Assembly (NCBI GenBank): GCA_002269645.1
Contig: NIVC01001808.1
Span: 124,001-188,000 of the forward strand
DNA: 64,000 bases
Source: Macrostomum lignano
Taxonomy: Eukaryota
Direction: 5' to 3'
The translations under genes and the position numbers were made by a program. Positions 54,550 to 64,000 of this stretch are shown piece by piece (position 1 is the first letter of the stretch; each line of letters begins with the position of its first letter). Below the pieces are notes generated by a model. It ran no database searches. It saw only the letters and a list, made by a program, of their open reading frames with translations, and was not told where the DNA came from.

Positions 54550-55278
54550 TCATGTCTGACATGACGCTTCTTTTATTCTACCATGATGCTTCTTAACATT
54601 TTAAATGACACTTTCATTACTTTTTAAATGAGGCTTCTATGATTTTTACATGACGCGTCTATGATTTTTTACATGACGCTTCTATGATTTTTTACATGAC
54701 GCTTCTATGATTTTTTACATGACGCTTCTATGATTGTTTACATGACGCTTCCATGATTTTTATATGACGCTTCTACGATTTTTTACATGGCGCTTCTATG
54801 ATTGTTTACATGACGCTTCTATGATTTTTAAATGAGGCTTCTATGATTTTTTAAATGACACTTCTATGATTGTTTACATGATGCTTCTATGATTGTTTAC
54901 ATGACGCTTCTATGATTTTTTACATGACGCTTCTACGATTGTTTGCATGACGCTTCTATGATTTTTTACATGACGCTTCTATGATTGTTTACATGACGCT
55001 TCTATGATTTTTTAAATGACGCTTCTATGATTTTTATATAACGCTTCTACAATTTTTTACATGTCGCTTCTATGATTGTTTACATGATGCTTCTATGATT
55101 TTTTAAATGATGCTTCTATGATTGTTTACATGACGCTTCTACGATTCTTTACATGACGCTTCTATGATTGTTTACATGACGCTTCTATGATTTTTTAAAT
55201 GACACTTCTATGATTGTTTACATGACGCTTCTATGATTTTTTACATGACGCTTCTACGATTTTTACATGACGCTTCTT
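54550..55278. repeat. Same 22-23-bp satellite, short array
   Basis: Direct reading. Confidence 0.95.
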
Positions 55279-55967
55279 TTTAAAAAGTCTTTTAGTTTTC
55301 CTGACATTGAAAAGGTTTAATTAAAAAAATTCCACTCTATGAAAATTCGAACCATCGTTTCTGCATTTAGCAGTTCAGTCTGTTTACCTCTAGGCTAGCT
55401 CTTATCGTTTTGATAACATCAAATTTTGCACTTATATAATTCAACACTTTAAAATCCAAGCATAGAGTAAATCACACAAAGCAGTTATGACATAATCAGT
55501 TTCTCAGTCAGTCAGTATCAGTTAACAATATGGTTACGCAATTTAAATCAAGTCTGGTGCTACACTTCCACACTGCATTTTCAATTCAAGTTGGAGTTAC
55601 AATTCAGTTATGATGCAATCTATTTCAGAGTCAGAATTCAACCAGTCAGTTTTTTCTCTAGCATTCTTACAATGCATTTCAAATCGAAAGAGCTGCTTGA
55701 CCTTTGCAAAAAAGCATGTTTTTCGAATATTTAATGCCTTTAGCATCAAGCAATTTCTTAGCCACGATACATGTACAGTCACGGGAAAATTTTTGATCGA
55801 ACAGTGCAAGTTTGAACAAAATCGGTCCAGCCATTTTTTCTCTAATCGATCACATAGATAGATAGACACAGACAGACCATTTTTAGTATATAGGATGGCT
55901 AAGGATTATTTATAATAGTTGGCATGTATATCAATTAGTATTAGTAGTCATGATATTACTCCCACTA

Positions 55968-57137
55968 CTGTTTTTAAAGATTGCTTGGCAACACCCTGAT
56001 TCAGCATCTCTTCAACATTTTCTGAAAATGATTCAATTTTTACATCCCATAAATGTGCCCCGTATCCCAAAAAGACAATGGACTAACTCTTACGCATGTT
56101 TTAGCTGTAAAATGCCGCATCACGCGTCTAATAAAATACTTTACTTCCTAAATTATTTTCTTTTAAAGTGTGCTTGGCGATTTGCTTTTTTGAAGGCAAG
56201 TCAAGAAACAGCGCATATTTGCTGATGTCAGAACTCGATTTCGCTCTCAAATTAAATGAATTTATAGTTCCATTCTTGCGCACATCCCAGCTTTAGAATG
56301 ACACCATTGAAGCTGAAAAAGAAACAGTATTTCCTGAGATATTCGACTCTAAAGTGTGCTTTGCTTTTGAGTCAATAACGCTTGACGTTGTATATCAAAA
56401 TATACGCAAAGAAATTGTGACACCATTTTTTGCTTACGAAACATAAAACTTAACTTGCTCTTTTACGCACGTCCCAGCTTTAAAATGACACCTTAGGCGT
56501 CGCCAAAGACGCTACCATTCGTGAGATATTCGACTCGAAACATTGCTCGGCGTGTATAGACATTTACCTTGAGAAGTCAATTGCAGTCAATCTTGGCGAA
56601 ACTTTAATGAAGATATTTGATTTGAAACATTGCTCGCCATTTAGTTTGACAGGTGTGTAAACACAGGTGGAGCACATGCACAAAGATTGGGAATACATTT
56701 GATTTATAAGGTGAATGTCTGTACACGCCGAGCAATGTTTCGAGTCAAATATCTCACGAACGGTGGTGTCTTTGGCAATGCCTGAGGTGTCATTTTAAAG
56801 CTGGGACGTGCGTAAAAAAGCAAGTTAAGTTTTATGTTTTGTAAGCAAAAAATGGTGTCACAATTTCTTGGCATATATTTTGACATACAACGTCAAGCAT
56901 TATTGACTCAAAAGCACAAAAGCAAATTGCCAAGCACACTTTAAAAGAAAATAATTCAGGAAGTAAAGTATTTTATTAGACGCATGATGCGGCATTTTAC
57001 AGCTGAAACATGCGTAAGAGTTAGTCCATTGTCTTTTTGGGATACGGGCACATTTATAGGATGTAAAAATTGAATCATTTTCAGAAAATGTTGAAGAGAT
57101 GCTAAATCAGGGTGTTGCCAAGCAATCTTTGAAACAA
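55968..57137. mobile_element. Foldback/MITE-like element with ~430-bp inverted arms
   Basis: 55968-56195 is the reverse complement of 56918-57137, and 56362-56569 of 56706-56915. Loop ~135 bp; no coding capacity. Confidence 0.8.
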
Positions 57138-59801
57138 TGCACTTCGTAAAGTTTTTTATTTTATAAAACAAATTTGGGCTTATTTGATTGCAAACACATG
57201 CGTAAACATCTGCCAAAAATATGGTTCCATTTGGTCCATTTTGTTAAAAGTAGTAGATGATTGTTTTGAATATCTGTCTGAATATCTGTCGCAAAACCCT
57301 CACATAAATAGAATGAAAATGTAATAGTTAGAAAATTTCAAACCTCAACCTTGCTCTATTTGACTATTGATATATTTTTTGTATTAAACTTTTTTTGTTA
57401 GTTTAATACTTCCAATAATTTAGCCTATAAATTCTCAAATGCCACCTTAAGTACAAAATCTTGCTTTTCAATTAATTTTTGTTTGAGTAAGTTAATTCAT
57501 TTATTCAAGTGACCATTTTCTAGGAAATTAGAATAACCAAACCTCAAACTAAATAAACATTTAAAAAATCAATTTGGTATATTTGCCTTATTTAGTCTTT
57601 TCATACTCACTTCTAAATGATGTTTATAGTATACTTAAAATGTAAAAACTTTTTATTAATCCTGCCCAACTTTTCCTAACTCCTGACATTTACTCTTGAC
57701 ATGGTCAAGAATCTGAAAAAAATACCCAGGTCCCAACCAAGTTAGGATCGCAATTAGAATCTTGGTCAGGCTCTAAAACTGGCCTAGTTGCATAGTAAAT
57801 TTGTCAATAGGTAAATTTGTCAACTGGTAAATTTCTCAATACAGTACAATAATGTCACTATGTGAAGCTATTTCAGTGCATAGATAAAATAGATTCATAA
57901 AACCAGTGAGCAGAACTATGTCATTTTAATGGTTTTTAGACATTGGCCTAGGCCTATGACATAACAATTGTGACAATTATGACAATGCTTTTACTGCTGC
58001 CAGATTTTTGCTGGAATGTCCTATTGCTAAGATTTATTGGATACGAGACAATAGGCCTACATATGTAACCCAATAGTTTCCTAGATGTACAAATGATTAA
58101 ATATGAGATAGGCCTACAATTATAAAAATAATGAAACTGGGAATCTTCCATGGCAAAAACTAGGGATAGTAATCTTGGGATATCTGCAATCTCTTAATCA
58201 ATTTCAAATTTGATTAGTTTCAATCAATGTAAATCAATCAAAATCAACTCATTTATGCATATATAAATTAAAACTTTATTGGTTTTGCTTTTGTTTGTAT
58301 CACTTACTTCTGGCCTATACACTTCATTATATTGCATATTAGTTATATGCTAAGTATCATTATCACTATCAATATCTCATCTCAATTCTTTCTAAAAAAT
58401 CTCTTTACTTTCTGTCTCATGTTTTATTTCTTCGAGGAAGTTAAGTCGGCTGGCCGCTGTTAATTGGATCGGCGGCAGTTTATCTGCAATTTTAAACGAG
58501 AGACTTTTTAAAGTAAAAAATAATACGATAATCAACTAAACAAAAATTAATAAGTAGTCAACGTTAGTTTTTGTTTAAAAAAATAGTTAGTTTAAGTCTT
58601 AGTGTTGTGGATTTTAAACAATTATATTACCGTTTAATTTAAAGTTTTTAGCTGGAAAAACCGAATAGTAAACTGCCCAGGGAACTGGGGTAAATACCGG
58701 GTATCAAAAACGGGTGCCTCAGGAATAAGAATAATCTAGAGCTAGATTCATGGTGTCAAGTCTCGAAGTATCAGTATCTCAACTCCATCTAAACGTCTCA
58801 GCATTTCAGTATTTGTAAATTTATATTAAGCTAGGATATTAAGTAATGGTCATGCAGTGTAACGTAGGACGTAAAAATCAAAGATCGAGTATTTTTGGGG
58901 GCTAATTTCCTGGATTTCACTGCATGCATGCAGGTACGATCTTAACCGTAAGTTGGGTCTTGGCCTAAAAAATGATAGTTTCCTAATGACTATAGGTCAA
59001 CAACAATTTAATATGGGAAATGATATTAGTAAATAAACATTGTCTGCATTTTATTATTTAGACGCATTTTAGACAGTATAGCTACGCCTTGATGAAACAA
59101 TATCTACATTAATGGTTTTACGATTACCTGCATGCAACATTTTATTACAATAATACTTGATTCAAGAAGGAAAAAAACTAAAAGTTCAGCTAATACCACT
59201 TGTGAGTAGTTCCAAACTCTGGGATTACGAAATAAAATAAAACAATGTAAAAATGAAACTTCAACTCAACAACCATATAAAATATATAGAGTAACATGTT
59301 AAGCATGCTTAATTAAAAGAATGGTAATCTACTCTGCCCCAGATGAAATGCAATCATAGATTTTGAGATGAAAAAAATTTCTCATCTTCTCCAGTGTTAT
59401 TTTTTTAGGAAATTGGCCTCCTAAAATCTACACGATCTTTGAGTTTACGTCCTGTTACAATACAGTGGTCCTTGAGTTAAATTAGTATGAGAAATATAAA
59501 AATTAATAATTACTAGTTACTAATACATAGCTCGTAATTAGTAATGCAATACATGTAACTTTAAACTTATTAATAAAGAAGTATTTTTTTTTTTTATGTA
59601 CGCATTTGTTTTGTATCATACCAAAATCTATCATCTCGGCTCTGTGGTATTGAATTTATTAACAGCAATTTTACGTAGCATGCGCATATACTGTACACGT
59701 ACATGTAACTGGTAAGGTGCTAATTCATCTAACGATGTTTAATCAATATTAACAAGCTATTGCAAAATTTAAGACAATGAGGGGACGTTATCGAAGTATA
59801 G

Positions 59802-60191
59802 TCAGAGCAGGGTACATTTATTGAGGCTATACTTCATATGAACGATCTGGTTGCTTCTCTTGTACTCGTCAATGACAAAAGTCAGCTCTCGGACCAGAAC
59901 TTGCAGGTTCAGGTTGTCCCTGTACCCGTCAGGCAGTTCGATGGCAGAAAATATTAGCGTGCCGTTCATCTCGATTTCGAAAGCGTACCACAGGTCCATC
60001 TTGGATTCCATGTTAATGTAGAAGTCGCTCAGCAGCATGTGCTCACGGAGCATGCGATATATTTCAAAGTTTTTCTCATTCCTGATGCAGAATGACACAA
60101 CAAGCTCGATCCGTTGTTGAGACACGTTTTTTTCTATTTTGAACGTGCTGTGGGTGAAGGAGCAGTAGTTATATAGATTTTTTGGACGCAT
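59802..60191 (-). CDS. Intronless orphan ORF, 129 aa
   Basis: ATG start, TGA stop, non-repetitive protein-like composition, and codons often ending in C/G in an otherwise AT-rich region. No family recognised. Confidence 0.45.
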   Translation of the reverse strand: MRPKNLYNYCSFTHSTFKIEKNVSQQRIELVVSFCIRNEKNFEIYRMLREHMLLSDFYINMESKMDLWYAFEIEMNGTLIFSAIELPDGYRDNLNLQVLVRELTFVIDEYKRSNQIVHMKYSLNKCTLL

Positions 60192-62574
60192 GTAGGTGGA
60201 TTTTCACAATTTCTGTTAGCCGTTCTATTTAGAAGATCAACCCAACTGACTCCCGAGAATGTGCTTTTAAGAATTAAATAAGCCTTATGCATGTAAGCTC
60301 AAAGTTATCAACTCTCTCACCGGCTTCTGATGCGAGACAGCACGTCCAACGTACCAAAAGAAAACCCGCCGAGTGGATTATTCATGACTGCAGATGCTAA
60401 AAGTATTTCAGTATTGCGTCTTGAGTGTTTCTGGTTTTCATGTTCGAAAACCTTACTGGGACTACTGTGTTACAGTGTGCTTTGCAATATTTCAGGCAAA
60501 ATTCTATGGCTCAACTTCCCTTTTCCTGTGTACACGTAGAGAATTTTTATACAAAATACGAGCATAAAATGTTCAATAGTAAGTTTGTAAAAAATGACCT
60601 TTTAATGTCGCTTGTTATAAGTAATAAATACGTTCGCAGGCAGCATACCACCCAATAATGCGTTTTCACTGCTCTTCAAGCAATACTCCTACACTTTACT
60701 GTATATATACATAGACGGCACTTTACCTTAGTAAAGTCGACCCCCTCAAATAAAAACGACTTGTTATAATTACGAGTATTTCAAACGAAGAAATAAAGAA
60801 GACTGCCTGATAGTCCCTTTGACATTCTCTGCGTCTGGCTTACAACGATCGTAGCAAAATAGTTGGTTTAACAAGTTTTCCTCTTGCTTAACAAGTAGAA
60901 AGCTGCGCTGCCAGCATATTCGACGTGACTGTGTGCTCGAAATGCTTTGAGTGAGTAAACCAAGCGAGAGTGACAAAGAGAGAACGGGCGAATGTAAGCA
61001 AATGACGGGCTTAGCAAACAATTCACTGTTCAACTGCCATGAGCTGCGCCACTCTAGGCGCATTCGTACATGTGGGCGCTTGCGCTCGGCTAAAGCTGAC
61101 TTCTATAGTGCATCCTAACTTCCATCTAGCCCACTCTCCTCATATTATTTCCACCTGGACTCGAGACAGCCAAGCCAAGGCCTGCTGCTGCCAGTCTCAA
61201 CTCCCGGGGCAACTAGGCGAATCCTGCCAAAGTAGAAAAAAAAATTGGCATCAAGGAGCTAAACCCGCAGCGCGGCTAGAATAGTCGATGGCTGCCGAGG
61301 CGACGGATGCGGCTTTGAGTCATCAAAGGCGCCGAGCATCAGCGCTGGTGCAGCCGCCACAAGCGGCAGGTCGCGGCAGAGTTGACATCAAAAGTCGCGA
61401 CGGCGTGAGAAATTCACTTCGTGGTGAGGCGACGAAGCGTAACCAAGTTTGCCCGTAGCAACTAAAATAGGTATAATTTTGCATCGAGCAGTTATATTAC
61501 TCAGACCGGAGACTCTAGAAAAATTGCAGGCAGTTATTCAGTCAATTTGTTGTTTTTCACTGGGGTTTTCAACTTCTTTTGAATTGATTCACTTCGCCAA
61601 TCACTCCGACAGCATGCTTTCAGACCAGAACTTCCTTTTTCCCATTTTTACGATCCAATGGCATTACGCCGTAAAAAGATAGGCTACAGTGGACGCCCAT
61701 GAAACTGTATATGGAAAATATTTTTACTGCAACTTTATGACATTTGCATTGGGTGTTGCATTGTTTAGAATAATTAGCCGTATGACAACTGAGGCATGAG
61801 GTGGATCCCCTGCCTACGCATGCCTAGTGCAGCTCAGGTCACGCTGAGGATGAAAAATCCTCGCGTACACCTGCCGTTTCCTGGTTCTCAACAGCCTCTG
61901 CAGTCCCATCCAATAAGGCATGGTGGTTGCCGGCAAGGGGACAATAACGTGCATTCTTTTTGGAAGCAATCGAAACAAAAATCCAGCTCTCCCGTTTCCT
62001 ATTTGATTGTTTTTTTACAATCCCCTCCCCTCTAGCTGAGGATGATGCATTGCTCAGCATCCCCGCTGCTCTTCAGTCAATGAAAAACGCCTTGGTTTAG
62101 CGCATCTTCCTTCCTCATCAATCCTAACCAATCCCATCATCCCGCACGCTCGGCTCAGCGCACCTCAGCTTACTCGCTTTGATAGAAAAGGAAAGGCAAA
62201 GCGAAAGAACCATTGAAATGAAGTTATAGACGCTCTGGGATGCTATTGCTTCTGCAGTTCATTTATTGAGTTATCCGCCATCCCGGAAGTCCCACCGGTT
62301 GAGCGGGAAGTGCAGCCTGGCTGGATGAGCGGCTAACAACGTCGGTTATCGAATTCGGGCAGCCTCTGCAAGGATGAACATCGGGCTGACTGTCTGGAAG
62401 CTTAAGAGTGAGTTTTATTTACAATTTGTAGTTGAGACCGAGACAACATTCTCTGTATCCTAGTTCTGTGGGTCGGCAACCATTTGAACCTTAAGGGCAG
62501 ACAATTCAGCTTATGGCTGCTGGTCAGCGCTGGTAGTCAGAGTATGTAGGAAAACAGATTAGAGGTGAGAGATG

Positions 62575-62715
62575 ATGATAGAGAAGAGAAGGGAGAATAG
62601 AGGAGAGAAGAGAGAAGTGAGAGAAGAGGAGAGGAGAAGGGAGAGAAGAAGAGAAGAGAAGAGGGAGGAGAGGAGAAGAGGGAGAGGAGAGAGGAGGAGA
62701 GAGGAGAAGAGCGAA
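62575..62715. repeat. Purine (GAGAA/GAGGA) low-complexity tract
   Basis: Direct reading. Confidence 0.85.
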
Positions 62716-63374
62716 TGAAAAAAGATTAGGAAAGTTCGGGAGGACAGAGCAGGGCGGAGCAAGTGACACAAGTGAGCATGCTTTTTAAAGGAGTTTGCCG
62801 ACCTTTGCATCCGTCAATTTGCTCTGAAGGTGGCTATTGTATGTGTAAGCGGTATACTGACTCAATAAACCGGGCGGGGCATTTGGTGTTTACTATTAAC
62901 GTTGTATTGAACTGCAGAACTAAATTAATATTCTTGGTTTATGCTTTAGAAGATTTAAAAAGGGTGCTGTAAGATGGCTGTCAGCTCCACCTTGTTATTG
63001 GGAGGAGTCGTATAGCGCAGAATCGAGGGCTGAATTATCCAGCTACGGCTTTAGATTTTGTGTTGAGCCTGAACGGAGAGAAGACAGATGGCAATTTTTT
63101 GCTAAGGAAAGGAAAGAGAAGGCGTCGCCATTACCAGTTTATCAATGATGCGCATGAAATTCTATACCAATACCCGTCCTTTTCATGAGATGCTGCAAGT
63201 TCCTTGCATGGAATCGGCAGGATCCAGAGACAGAAATTTGCGAGACAAATGCAGCCACATAAGAAAGAGAAATAGCTGAATGGGGTGTATGAAACTTGCG
63301 AGACGGAAGCAAAAAGCGTCCTTAGCTCACTTTTTCTGGCTTTTTGGCAGCCTCATCAGGTTTAGGAATCTGAA

Positions 63375-64000
63375 AGATTTGGCATATTGTGAAGGATTTG
63401 GTATATTGTGAAGGATTTGGTATATTGTGAAGGATTTGGTATATTGTGAAGGATTTTGTATATTTGTGAAGGATTTGGTATAATGTGAAAGATTTGGTAT
63501 AATGTGAAGGATTTGGTATATTGTGAAGGATTTTGTATATTTGTGAAGGATTTGGTATAATGTGAAGGATTTGGTATAATGTGAAGGATTTGGTATAATG
63601 TGAAGGATTTGGTATATTGTGAAGGATTTTGTATATTTGTGAAGGATTTGGTATAATGTGAAGGATTTGGTATAATGTGAAGGATTTGGTATATTGTGAA
63701 GGATTTTGTGTATTTGTGAAGGATTTGGTATATTGTGAAGGATTTTGTATATTTGTGAAGGATTTGGTATATTGTAAAGGATTTGGTATATTGTGAAGGA
63801 TTTGGTATATTGTGAAAGATTTGGTATATTGTGAAGGATTTGGTGTATTGTGAAGGATTTGGTATATTGTGAAGGATTTTGTATATTGTGAAGGATTTTG
63901 TATATTGTGAAGGATTTGGCATATTGTGAAAGATTTGGTATATTGTGAAGGATTTGGTATATTGTGAAGGATTTGGTATATTGTGAAGGATTTGGTATAT
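63375..64000. repeat. 19/21-bp minisatellite (TATTGTGAAGGATTTGGTA)n, continues past the right edge
   Basis: Direct reading. Confidence 0.95.

Larger units (their letters stand above)
53907..55894 (+). mobile_element. Non-autonomous Helentron/Helitron-like unit 2, head-to-tail with unit 1
   Basis: Same ACTAGCAATC + CGCCCCCCGTTGGGGCG start, (CCCTAA)n, satellite and ~570-bp 3' block (55280-55850 vs 53295-53870). Ends GACAGAC..TTTTTAGTATATAGG. Confidence 0.55.

Noticed and set aside
62374-62407. Possible first coding exon MNIGLTVWKLK followed by a GTGAGT donor
   Set aside because: Too short, and no downstream exon in the window to support it.
63362-63922. 186-aa repetitive ORF
   Set aside because: Translation of the 19/21-bp minisatellite.

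Overview
Eukaryotic (animal) genomic DNA: GC-rich spliced exons, AT-rich intergenic DNA and introns packed with private minisatellites. The style suggests a flatworm such as Macrostomum, which is an inference only. Six multi-exon genes were reconstructed by eye with consistent splice phases: (1) a secreted PAN/apple + ALK/LTK-type glycine-rich-domain protein (-, runs off the left edge); (2) an EFCAB14-like type II membrane protein (+); (3) a phospholipid scramblase (-); (4) a ~3040-aa cadherin with ~25 repeats (+) carrying one frameshift; (5) a CCDC15-like gene (-); (6) CCAR1 (-). Mobile elements: an intact, very young Ty3/Gypsy (Mag-like) LTR retrotransposon and a deleted P-element in CCAR1 introns; two decayed mariners, one interrupted by a hAT-type MITE; two tRNA-derived SINE families; a head-to-tail pair of Helentron-like units carrying telomeric repeats and a satellite; and a foldback element. 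The most striking observation is that one internal scramblase exon lies on the opposite strand to the rest of its gene, exactly between two inverted minisatellite arrays. This is either an invertible exon cassette or a misassembly. A second highlight is a 19-bp minisatellite that was amplified from the 5' end (A box) of a SINE.
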